Shown here in pieces: positions 20,499 through 29,176 of a DNA stretch of 34,773 nt (positions are counted from its first letter, which is position 1; every line of letters begins with the position of its first letter). Position numbers and translations under genes: made by a program. The stretch is from positions 1-34,773 of the forward strand of contig CBEUCH010000024.1 in NCBI GenBank assembly GCA_965541585.1, in the 5' to 3' direction. This stretch comes from an uncultured bacterium (GTDB lineage Bacteria; Zixibacteria; MSB-5A5; UBA10806). Under the pieces are notes generated by a model, which was not told where the DNA came from, ran no database searches, and was given only the letters and a program-made list of their open reading frames with translations.

Positions 20499-20536
20499 AT
20501 ACATCAATAATATACATCAACAATTGAATGTGTCAA
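20499..20536 (-). promoter_or_regulatory. Putative sigma70 promoter of the TrmB gene with an overlapping 9-bp direct repeat
   Basis: TTGACA (20536-20531); TATATT or TATTAT at 16 or 18 bp; ATACATCAA at 20499-20507 and 20512-20520. Confidence 0.6.
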
Positions 20537-20894
20537 GAAAAAAAGATATTTGTACTAATTGGTTTAGGAATTTTTCAATGCTTAAGGCTTGATTCTAGCC
20601 CTCTTCAAACAACCTGACGAAGATTTTTTTCACTTTTGTATCCGGCATATCTAATTCTTCGGATCACGGATAATAATCTTTTCTACACACCATTGCACTG
20701 TTCCCCTTTTATATAATCGCCGGTCCAAAATTGTATCAGGTGGCGGTTGAAAAATGTTCCACCCGGGTTTAAATTAAACACGCCGTGGCGTGGCAGTCAA
20801 TTAAGATGCATAAGACATTCCAAACCATTATATGACCTACTGCCTCGAAGCGGCCTTTTCATATTTTAGTATTGTTGACGCGGCTGCCCTGCGC

Positions 20895-21023
20895 CCCTAA
20901 CTCCAAGATTCACCAGTAACGGATATTCGTGATAAATGAACTGAAACACATTAGCCTTAGAATGAAGACAGACTATTTTAAAAGCCGCAGCTATTAGCCA
21001 TCTGGTGCAATCTTTTGTTAGGG
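20895..21023 (-). mobile_element. Integron attC recombination site (129 bp)
   Basis: Minus strand reads CCCTAAC-AAAAG-ATTGCACCAG ... CTGGTGAAT-CTTGGA-GTTAGGG: complementary R''/R' boxes and L''/L' with one extra base. It lies 53 bp downstream of the 21077 stop. Confidence 0.85.
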
Positions 21024-21076
21024 TCTTTACTCATTGAAATCAATAATCAATTCTGACCTCTTCTTTTTACTCTGGC

Positions 21077-21604
21077 TTACCTTGCTATATCTGTGGCCTT
21101 AAAGGCTAAAGGACGCTTAGATAAAGTCAAGGTTTCATTCCCGAGCCACACAGCCGCAACGGTATTTCTTTCTTTAATCAATTTATGATCTGGTAGAAAT
21201 GCGACCAGCTTATCTCCATTACCGGCTGGGTGTAGCCTCGTATTGATAAGCGTCTGTCCATTAAGTACGATCGCAGGAGAGCTGGCTCTCGGGGTTGGAT
21301 CAATCTGTTCAACAAGAAGAACCTCAACTACTAACGGATTGTCGGCTTTCCCAAGAAAGTTCGTACCAGCCAGTTTTGCCATCTCTTCATCCATTTTGTA
21401 AACGGAAACTGATTGCAGTTCTACAGGTTTTACAAGTTGAGAACGATCTATGGTTTGAGGCCTGTCCTTGTCCACAGGCTTGATAGGCTGAGGCCCGTCT
21501 GGTACTGGTACCTTGCAGCAGGACATCAGCCCGATAATCAGAAAGGTTGCTATCAGCTTCAAAAGAAAATTAGCCTTATCGCGAAAATTCAATATCGTCG
21601 ACAT
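21077..21604 (-). CDS. Hypothetical lipoprotein (second gene of the integron cassette)
   Basis: RBS AAAGGAG; hydrophobic stretch ending GLMS-C (lipobox-like); overlaps the upstream gene end by 29 bp. Confidence 0.8.
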   Translation of the reverse strand: MSTILNFRDKANFLLKLIATFLIIGLMSCCKVPVPDGPQPIKPVDKDRPQTIDRSQLVKPVELQSVSVYKMDEEMAKLAGTNFLGKADNPLVVEVLLVEQIDPTPRASSPAIVLNGQTLINTRLHPAGNGDKLVAFLPDHKLIKERNTVAAVWLGNETLTLSKRPLAFKATDIAR

Positions 21605-24449
21605 AAATATCTCCTTTGGCGGGGTATGAAAATTTAAATTTTATTGTGTCAATATCCTCAAGTGTAACACCGGATTTATTCATAATAAAGGAATGCAACG
21701 GAATCCTGACAGTAGTCATAACATTATGGTCACTACCAATGCGATTGTACGGGTGAGGAATTTGACCAAAGTAAGTCGCCCATGTGGTTTTGTTCTTACC
21801 GCCACCGATTAATTCGACTTTGAAATCCTGCCCGGCGCTTGCCGGATTATCAGTTGAATTTGTCTGGGCAACCCTGAATGAAAGAACCTCGAACGTAGAG
21901 GCGTCTCGCTGGGCAACCGGAACCGTGTAAACCAGTTGGTCGGTGTATTGTGACCAGTTTACCTGAAGCACCTGAGAATCATGTACCGAAGGGCCCGTTA
22001 TTGAGCTGTATGTAGCTGCTGTGGCAGGTGCAACCGGTGTTGTCACATTTGTTCCGCTGCCACCTTCAATTTTTGAATGGTCCTTTTCATGTCTAAAATG
22101 ATATATCTTGAAACCAGCAGTAGACGGGAAAATAAGTTGCCCGCGAAGCATATCCTCGTACACCTGTTCATTATTCAGATGTATCCTCGTAAACGCCGCA
22201 AGGTACGCTTCGCCGATACGCTGTTGGTCTCCTTTTAATATGTAGTCATCACGTGGAGTCCACGAATCATCGCCATCATCGGCCCAAACAGTGTTGAAGA
22301 AGTTGTGATTAGCGCCGTAGACATCGATACCGCTTTTAGTTGTCAAGTCAACAGGAATTTCAGTGCTGCCGGCATTATCATAGATCCTAACGCCATAGAG
22401 GCTCGATACATCCCCATCTGCCGCCGGTATGATGACAAAATAGGGAACGTCCGGAAGGACATTATGACTTACATCCATTGGTGCAATCGAAGATACAGAT
22501 CCGATGGAAAAACCGTACTCGGCTGGATTGTCAGCGTTGATCAGGTAGGCCTTAACCGACGCTTCTCCGCCTCTTGAATGGCCTGAAACGGAAATCTTCG
22601 ACATATCAACATGGTTGTTAAAATTGCCGCTGAAGAAATCAGGATATGTCGCATAAGTAGACGGGTCATTCATGTGCGACCACAATTGAATATGTTTAAG
22701 AATGAGGGTGCCACGTTCTTCTGGCCACTGTGGAACAAAGCCTGTCAAGTCATAGGCATCAATAGAAACCGCTATAATGCCATGGCTAGCGAGGATTTCT
22801 AGTAATCCCATATAACCTTTATGATTGGGTGTTCGATCAGTGCATTCAGCATGTGTGGGATATCCCCCCGTTTCGCAGATTTTGTGATTGCCGTGTTCTA
22901 TAATAAAAATTGGGTGTTGGCCTGGTACCACTGGTGCGTTATCACCGGAGTGTGCTGCAGGGTATCGGACGATAGCGCGGAGATCTACATCGTAGGCATT
23001 GCCTATCGAGCTGAAGTAATCGTCCTGGCTGTACTCGCCCCGGCCGATTGGATATGGGCCTAATTCATACGGGTCCTTGGCAACGACAAAGCCAACCTGA
23101 TCGGCACCATCGAGAAAATCCACCGGTTCATTATATTCACCGTCTGAAGCATAATCATTTTTTGTTTCTGCCGCAAATTCGCCGAAGTCCACAACAACAT
23201 CATATTCACCCAATGTGAGAGGCGGCTCCCAAATCTCAATATCCGTGCCGTTGACACATCCTGGCTTGACAGGCATAATTTCAATGTTACCACCCGCTGA
23301 CACATCGAGAAGAGCAATCGATCCACCTGCAGAAGGGTCCCATCCATTTACATCGCGATGGTTTACTACGTAGTAAGCGGCATAGCTACCACCAAGATGA
23401 CCGTCAGGCAGATACGTGGGGTCAACGGCTCCCCAGACAGCATCATCGTTCTCGGCAAAAGAATCAGAAAACTGGAAATACGGAGAGCCGGGAATTGGTC
23501 GGCCTGCAATGTCCATCGTAGGACCACCAACTGGATATCGCATGAAAAGAATAAACGCACTGTCGGAACCGTAAGATATCATATCATTTCTTCGTACTAA
23601 TCGCGAAAACTTGCGCATATCCATGAGCCGCTGGCCAACAATATCATAGACACCTCGTCTTTGAAGCTCTCTATCCCATACACGAACCGTAAATCGACCG
23701 TTCTGATCAGCTTTGACCGGTAGTTGAGCGCCAGCCCCCCCAACTCCTGTGACATCATTTATTGGATCATCCACATACCAGCTTCGTTGATTCGGCACAA
23801 TTGATATCTGGACAACTTCCTCAGGTTTGAAGTTTCGTCCGCTCACATACATATCCTGTTCTTGCACAGCAGCGCTATTTAGTAAACAGCCCTCTGCGTC
23901 AGAAGGATATATCATCGGATTCTTCCTGGCTATCATCGGAATTTGGATTCTGGAAACTGCTTTGCCGGTTTTAAGTTTCATAAGAGGTATTTTCCCTCCT
24001 GGGTCCGATTGAACCGGATGAACAGAGATGTTCATATTGCCGCCGCTTAAGTATCTTTCTGCTTCCTCAAAAGTACGATACATGTAACGTGGAAGATCTT
24101 GGTCTTTTATACGTGGAGAACAGCCGATGACACCTGAGTGGTACTGCAATATAAACGATGGAATATTACCGTTTCGATCCGTTGACAATCTGGCAAAACT
24201 GACTGCTTGATCTAAAGCTACTATTTCCTCCGAGTTGATACCAAGTCGGAACTCATACAGTTGATTCGGTTCAAGACCGCGAGCCGACAGATGTAATGAT
24301 GAGCCAACCTCCAAAGAGTTAACTCTGCGATTACCAGCATCAAGTACCATAATACCATGCGTTACCGGTTCAAGTTGAGGACAAAGCGAAATGCAGCCGT
24401 TAGTCGCCATGAAAGCCACACTAATAAAAATGAACGAGTATCTATACAT
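21576..24449 (-). CDS. Large exported alpha/beta-hydrolase (chlorophyllase/esterase-like), possible lipoprotein; first gene of the integron cassette
   Basis: RBS AAAGGAGG; signal ending ATNG-C; HGNH, GY..L...LASHG, nucleophile elbow GHSRGG, ADGDV, ANHNFFNTVW; C-terminal beta-sandwich-like region. Confidence 0.85.
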   Translation of the reverse strand: MYRYSFIFISVAFMATNGCISLCPQLEPVTHGIMVLDAGNRRVNSLEVGSSLHLSARGLEPNQLYEFRLGINSEEIVALDQAVSFARLSTDRNGNIPSFILQYHSGVIGCSPRIKDQDLPRYMYRTFEEAERYLSGGNMNISVHPVQSDPGGKIPLMKLKTGKAVSRIQIPMIARKNPMIYPSDAEGCLLNSAAVQEQDMYVSGRNFKPEEVVQISIVPNQRSWYVDDPINDVTGVGGAGAQLPVKADQNGRFTVRVWDRELQRRGVYDIVGQRLMDMRKFSRLVRRNDMISYGSDSAFILFMRYPVGGPTMDIAGRPIPGSPYFQFSDSFAENDDAVWGAVDPTYLPDGHLGGSYAAYYVVNHRDVNGWDPSAGGSIALLDVSAGGNIEIMPVKPGCVNGTDIEIWEPPLTLGEYDVVVDFGEFAAETKNDYASDGEYNEPVDFLDGADQVGFVVAKDPYELGPYPIGRGEYSQDDYFSSIGNAYDVDLRAIVRYPAAHSGDNAPVVPGQHPIFIIEHGNHKICETGGYPTHAECTDRTPNHKGYMGLLEILASHGIIAVSIDAYDLTGFVPQWPEERGTLILKHIQLWSHMNDPSTYATYPDFFSGNFNNHVDMSKISVSGHSRGGEASVKAYLINADNPAEYGFSIGSVSSIAPMDVSHNVLPDVPYFVIIPAADGDVSSLYGVRIYDNAGSTEIPVDLTTKSGIDVYGANHNFFNTVWADDGDDSWTPRDDYILKGDQQRIGEAYLAAFTRIHLNNEQVYEDMLRGQLIFPSTAGFKIYHFRHEKDHSKIEGGSGTNVTTPVAPATAATYSSITGPSVHDSQVLQVNWSQYTDQLVYTVPVAQRDASTFEVLSFRVAQTNSTDNPASAGQDFKVELIGGGKNKTTWATYFGQIPHPYNRIGSDHNVMTTVRIPLHSFIMNKSGVTLEDIDTIKFKFSYPAKGDIYVDDIEFSR

Positions 24450-24492
24450 TAGATTATCCTCCTTTGATTATCAGTTTTGCTATTTTATCAGG

Positions 24493-24603
24493 CCCTAACG
24501 CCGGTTTAACTTGCCGATGGGCTTGAACGCACTGAACATCCAATCATAATCTTAACTTTATTAAAAACACAGTGCGTGATCTGATTTGGAACATTGCCCA
24601 TCG
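24493..24603 (-). mobile_element. Truncated attC-like site at the cassette 5' boundary
   Basis: Minus-strand CGGCAAGTTAAACCGGC-GTTAGGG lies 43 bp before the 24449 ATG; inner inverted repeats CGATGGGC/GCCCATCG and ACGCACTG/CAGTGCGT; the matching R''/L'' half is absent. Confidence 0.6.
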
Positions 24604-24693
24604 CTCCTTTTCATTTGGCGCTTGCGAAGGAAACACCATTTGACCCCTTCCTCCTCTCTTTTGGGTCCCTTTTTTCCCCATGAGAACTGATGC

Positions 24694-24954
24694 TTAATCG
24701 GAGCTCGTCGCCACTGCCGATCCCAGGGCGAGGGGGCTACGAACGCCAGCCGGTCCCCGGTTGAGAGCGTGGGTGTAAATCATGGCCGTCTTGACGTCTT
24801 TATGCCCCACGAGTTCCTGAACCGTCCTGATGTCGTAACCAGCTTCCAACAAGTGCGTTGCAAACGAATGCCGGAAAGTGTGACACGTAACCCGCTTGGC
24901 CAAGCCAGCCTTTGTGACAGCCTCTTTCACCGCCTTTTGAACCAATGATTCGTC
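24694..24954 (-). pseudogene. intI: C-terminal fragment of integron integrase
   Basis: [12 protein letters not shown]...[51 protein letters not shown] is the IntI C-terminal signature; the N-terminal ~three quarters is missing. Confidence 0.88.
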
Positions 24955-25226
24955 CTCGCCCACAAGGCAATCTAAACCTTCTCTCAACTCCAACTCCTAT
25001 TCTTCCCTCAAGATTCTCAAGTCAAACAGTCTTAGATGGCCAGCCCAGAAAAAGCCGGTATTTAAAAAACATTCCCGGGGGGTGGGAAACTTTACCTAAA
25101 GAAAGAGACTCTCGTCCAGATTTGTCAAGGACTTTTTAGCGGAATATTAGCCACCGCTACCATGGCCCCAGACTTTCCTTATTAGTCAACCTCAAAAAGG
25201 TCAGACGTGATGAATTGAGGGCTTGG

Positions 25227-25252
25227 GGAAACGAAAAAGCCCCGAGCGGAGC
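25227..25252 (+). repeat. Partial direct repeat of the site-2 right arm plus adjacent half-terminator
   Basis: GGAAACGAAAAAGCCCCGAGCGGAGC matches 28522-28547 GGAAACGAAAAAGCCCCGACCGGAGC at 25/26 positions. Confidence 0.75.
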
Positions 25253-25269
25253 TACATCAGGTGACAAAG

Positions 25270-25294
25270 AAAAAAAGGCTGCCGCAGGACAGCC
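25270..25294 (-). terminator. Intrinsic terminator of the lysyl-oxidase-domain gene
   Basis: Minus strand GGCTGTCC-tgc-GGCAGCC followed by T7. Confidence 0.65.
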
Positions 25295-25332
25295 CCATTT
25301 GTTTCTGAACGTGAAACCCTATCAATTACCAA

Positions 25333-28131
25333 CTAATCACTCCTGCCAAGAGCAACTCTGCGTCTCATCACAACAGCAACCGTCCCCATGGATATGAGCA
25401 ACAAAGCCAGGATGATCATTCCCCATTCGGAAAGGGTAGGGATATTAGTTTCCTGAAACATCTGGATATTGAGAATCGTCGTATCGCCCATATCGACAGC
25501 CACGCCATAAATGGTCGTGTCTCTAAAATCGATATGCGAGAATCCAATGTTATAAATACCGGGAGCCAGATTATCCAATGAGTATGCTCCCGCGGCATCG
25601 GTGGAATCTTCGATCGATGTCTTCAATGCCATTACATAAACATCCTCAATAGGATTGGATATCTCGTCGATCACGTATCCAACAATCGAACCCGCGAGTT
25701 CATCTCCAATGATGGTAACCGTTCCCTCCGACCAGTCGCCGGAGATGGATCCGCCATCTGTTATCTCGCAATAGGCCCAGTATATGTCCTCCTCCAGGTA
25801 CGCGGTATTGACTACATAGAAACCCAGATCAGCGTCGGTATAGAGTGATGATGACATAAGATATTCGTTGCCATCGAACTGAGGAAGGTGGTTCAAATAG
25901 ACGGTTACCCAGCATAGGTCGCTTTCGGGATCCGAATAGGTCCACTCAACATTAAACGTCTGGGCCCCATGGATAATAAAAATATTTCCTTCCGGGGGAT
26001 GAGTTGTTGTGACCGACGGCGTCTGGTTTTGAGGCGGATTCACGGTCAGCGTATAATATGGGTTGACCGCACCGTCGAAACCAAATACTCGAATATAATA
26101 CCATCCCTCGGGTCTGGATTCCATCGAAATAATCTCCACGTCGCCGACGCCGTTTGACTGGCCGACCTGTTCGCCGTTTTCATTTAACAGACGCAGATCG
26201 AGGTCGCCCAGGCTATGTTGAAACTCGATTTGCACGAAATCGTTCGAGCCGCCGTTATGGTTCGAATAAAACTTGAAAAAATCTTCATTGCCGCTTTCGT
26301 GAACGTTCAACCCGGCAATGATCCGCTCCGGACCGCAGGGTCCGAGATTAGGGCTGTTAGGCCCACCTGCTGGGCGGCTATCCACCATAGAAGTTGTTTC
26401 GTTTGGCTCATACGGATCGGGGTTAATCTGATCGGGGCTGCCTATTACGACCAGGATTCGAGTAGCGTTATTTGTCTCATCTTCCTCAAGAACACCGTCG
26501 GCAGGATCGGCGAGCGACTCAAGCCAGTAAACGCCATCCGGGACATCCGTGATATCGATATTCTGGCCGGGAAGCGATTTGCCGTAAATATCGATCCAAC
26601 CAACCGATATCCCCTGGATGGTCGAAGAACACGAATGAAACTGCCCGTCGGGATCGAAGTAGGGAAGATTGTTGTCGTAAATAGCGAGATCCAGAAGGCA
26701 AAAACTGGTCTTCGTTCCTTCTGCGACAAGAGGCCCGACGCCGCCCCCATCAAGTACTTCCCTTAAACGATATGAGCACCAGTTTTCGAAATGAATATGG
26801 CTGTGCCCCGGGTGGAAAACGAAAACTCCCGCCGCCCTATCCCAGAATGAACCGTCGGAGCGAAATATGCGTTGATTTACCTGCTGGGTGCTGTCGCTAT
26901 CAGGAGGAAAGAGCCCGTAGACGTATAGTTTGCCGGAGCCGATGTTGGCGGTTCCATTAGCTAACCTCAGATGAGTTCTTCCGGGTTCTATATCTGTTAC
27001 TATATCGTTGTCGTACAAATCGGATTCCCTGACGATGATGTCCGGCAGCCGATCCACTATATCGCCAGCATCGAAAGGAACGCCATCGACATTCAATTCA
27101 TATGCTCCCTCAGACGTTCGCCAGCCGTCCACTATTATATAGTATATCCCCGGATATAATGCTGCGTCTTGAATGAATGATTGATAGCTACTGCATCCAG
27201 GAGCGTCATCGTTGCAATACATTTGGTTCAGATTTTCATCTAATATGGCCAGTTTGCTGTCGAACCATACCGGGTCACAGGTGGTCCAGACATCCATCAT
27301 CATTGTCGTATCGAGGGTGATCTGATACCAGTAATCCGGCGCCGTATTGGGGCCTGATAACTCACAAACGATCATTACATCATCGCATGCTCCAACAGTA
27401 GTCCCCTGGTCTGTGTAAGGCAGAGTAAAGATAACAATTGCGTTTGACTGATTCGATCCAGAACAGGGCGGCTCCTGAATCGTCCAGCTGGCATTTAATT
27501 CGTACGGGCCAGAGGCTCCGTTGTAACCATCCACAACTACGAAATATGTCCCCGCTCCCAAGGGCTCATCGGTGATCCGCGATTGATAATATGGGCCTCC
27601 GCAGTCGGGAGCGTCGTCGTTGCAGGCCAGAAGAACAAGATTATTATCGAATATCCCCAGTCTCGTATCGTAGCTTGGCGGCCCGGATGATTCGCATGTC
27701 GTCCAGACCGTCAACAAAACCGTTGTATCAAATGTCACAACATACCAGGCATCCTCGGCCGTATCGTTACCCCCTGAAAGACAGGAGGGGATAGAGGCGT
27801 TGTTTCCTTTGCCCGAGGTGTTTCCTGAATCGAAGTAAGGATTGGAATTGATTATGGTGGCGTTGCTGGAATCGGTTCCGCCATCTAATCTGAATCCGGG
27901 CGGCTCCAAGGCGTCTCCAGTTTCCTGTAACCTCATGCGATATTCGGCTTCCAGCGCGTGCCAGAGATCGCCCGGGTATGGTTCGCCGATAGCTTTTAGC
28001 GAGTCAACCATAATCTGCGTTGGCGAGCCTCGCTTATCTGCCCTCGCGGGAGACAGGAGGATGAGATAGATCGAAACGAAAACCACTGTTGACCATAGAA
28101 TTGATTTCAAGGTTTTACCCTTCGAATTCAT
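25333..28131 (-). CDS. Lysyl oxidase-family domain protein with PPC-like domains, carboxypeptidase-regulatory-like domain and IPTL-CTERM
   Basis: LPD...FHPGHSHIHF...YRL...GTKTSFCLLD...QGISVGWIDIY...GQNIDITDVPDGVYWL...E.DETNN follows the LOX catalytic-domain pattern; two Cys-rich NDD/VDG repeats; ends IPTLSEWG + TM + RRR. Confidence 0.88.
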   Translation of the reverse strand: MNSKGKTLKSILWSTVVFVSIYLILLSPARADKRGSPTQIMVDSLKAIGEPYPGDLWHALEAEYRMRLQETGDALEPPGFRLDGGTDSSNATIINSNPYFDSGNTSGKGNNASIPSCLSGGNDTAEDAWYVVTFDTTVLLTVWTTCESSGPPSYDTRLGIFDNNLVLLACNDDAPDCGGPYYQSRITDEPLGAGTYFVVVDGYNGASGPYELNASWTIQEPPCSGSNQSNAIVIFTLPYTDQGTTVGACDDVMIVCELSGPNTAPDYWYQITLDTTMMMDVWTTCDPVWFDSKLAILDENLNQMYCNDDAPGCSSYQSFIQDAALYPGIYYIIVDGWRTSEGAYELNVDGVPFDAGDIVDRLPDIIVRESDLYDNDIVTDIEPGRTHLRLANGTANIGSGKLYVYGLFPPDSDSTQQVNQRIFRSDGSFWDRAAGVFVFHPGHSHIHFENWCSYRLREVLDGGGVGPLVAEGTKTSFCLLDLAIYDNNLPYFDPDGQFHSCSSTIQGISVGWIDIYGKSLPGQNIDITDVPDGVYWLESLADPADGVLEEDETNNATRILVVIGSPDQINPDPYEPNETTSMVDSRPAGGPNSPNLGPCGPERIIAGLNVHESGNEDFFKFYSNHNGGSNDFVQIEFQHSLGDLDLRLLNENGEQVGQSNGVGDVEIISMESRPEGWYYIRVFGFDGAVNPYYTLTVNPPQNQTPSVTTTHPPEGNIFIIHGAQTFNVEWTYSDPESDLCWVTVYLNHLPQFDGNEYLMSSSLYTDADLGFYVVNTAYLEEDIYWAYCEITDGGSISGDWSEGTVTIIGDELAGSIVGYVIDEISNPIEDVYVMALKTSIEDSTDAAGAYSLDNLAPGIYNIGFSHIDFRDTTIYGVAVDMGDTTILNIQMFQETNIPTLSEWGMIILALLLISMGTVAVVMRRRVALGRSD

Positions 28132-28253
28132 TGGTTTTTCCTCAATAACCAGTAAGGAGTTTCATTTGAATTGCTGCCCGGTAAGATTCTCCCCAAGTAA
28201 GGAATGAGGCAGATCCGGCCATCTGTTGATAACAATAGCCTTTTTCAATTTGA

Positions 28254-28282
28254 AATATACGAACAGGCGAGATATTTGTCAA
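28254..28282 (-). promoter_or_regulatory. Putative sigma70 promoter of the lysyl-oxidase-domain gene
   Basis: TTGACA (28282-28277), 17 bp, TATATT (28259-28254). Confidence 0.65.
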
Positions 28283-28498
28283 TCTATTTACCGGATAGGG
28301 TCCGGAATTGGGCCGATCGACAAGAAAAAGTGACTCTGGCGATGTCGGTTACGGCACGACCGTATGGAAAAAAGTAAGATCGGATTACGAATCGGTGCTA
28401 ACTGCAACAACCCTTCTCCGGCGGATAACGGCAACCGTGCCATGCCCCCACCCCTCAACCGCCGGGGGGATGATGAAGTGTAAGCAGAATTGTCCCCC

Positions 28499-28527
28499 AT
28501 TTCCGATAAGTTCCAATTATCGGAAAC
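28499..28527. repeat. Palindromic dif-like / tyrosine-recombinase-like site, copy 2
   Basis: ATTTCCGATAA-GTTCCAA-TTATCGGAAAC; arms identical to copy 1 and spacer 5/7 identical, in the same orientation. Confidence 0.7.
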
Positions 28528-28528
28528 G

Positions 28529-28555
28529 AAAAAGCCCCGACCGGAGCCGGGGCTT
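28529..28555 (-). terminator. Intrinsic terminator of the 33521-28592 operon
   Basis: Minus strand AAGCCCCGG-ctccgg-TCGGGGCTTTTT. Confidence 0.75.
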
Positions 28556-28591
28556 GCTCAAATAGATTTCGGCATCTAACTCATGAAAGAT

Positions 28592-29146
28592 CTAATGATC
28601 GAAATAAATCCTCACCCTGGCAAAGGGAGAGTCCCGATTGCGACTATATCGGAAATAAGGAAGCTCATCCGATGAGCAAAAAAGAATCAACCCATTATTG
28701 GTCATTGTCTCTTCCTTCCAGGCCCTGACGATATGTGTGATATCGAAATACGCATCCTGGTTGCCCTCGTCAGTTGTCGCATAATGAGTGCCCTCATCGG
28801 GAATGACATTGCTGCCCAACGAATCGCCCAGATCATCCCAGAGAATATTATTAGGATTCCAAGAAATCGCTAGAGGAAGGCATAATACTCTTAAGGCTGA
28901 GGAGTCCGGTATGTGGCTTGAAAGGGGAATATAGAATTCCGCGAAGAATAAATCCGCATTTGAGAGCTGTTCTGGGAGATTGAATCTAAGCAAAACTCGG
29001 GCATCCGTCGAATCGTCGTTGAGAAGGTATGCTCCAGTGGTGATATCTATATCAACAGAATCGATTGAACCCAGAGCAAATGAAGGTAACCACAGGACAA
29101 CAACGATCAACGAGATCAAGGATCTTGTTATGTTCTTCGAAAACAT
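28592..29146 (-). CDS. Secreted DNRLRE/CBM96-like single-domain protein
   Basis: Signal peptide; ARVLLRFNL...SW.....W...YFDITHIVRAW...NNGLIL pattern typical of DNRLRE-type domains; RBS AAGGAG. Confidence 0.7.
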   Translation of the reverse strand: MFSKNITRSLISLIVVVLWLPSFALGSIDSVDIDITTGAYLLNDDSTDARVLLRFNLPEQLSNADLFFAEFYIPLSSHIPDSSALRVLCLPLAISWNPNNILWDDLGDSLGSNVIPDEGTHYATTDEGNQDAYFDITHIVRAWKEETMTNNGLILFCSSDELPYFRYSRNRDSPFARVRIYFDH

Positions 29147-29176
29147 GGCGTTATCTCCTTTCCGCTTGGGTCAATA

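Noticed and set aside
20540..20894. Possible next cassette downstream of the attC
   Set aside because: An RBS-like AAGGGG and ATG at 20693 give only nine codons, and no further attC was seen. At most it is debris.
25140..25200. Minus-strand ATGGTAGCGG reminiscent of the 3' end of a c-di-GMP-I riboswitch
   Set aside because: The GGCAAA...GAAA...GCAAAGC core is absent.
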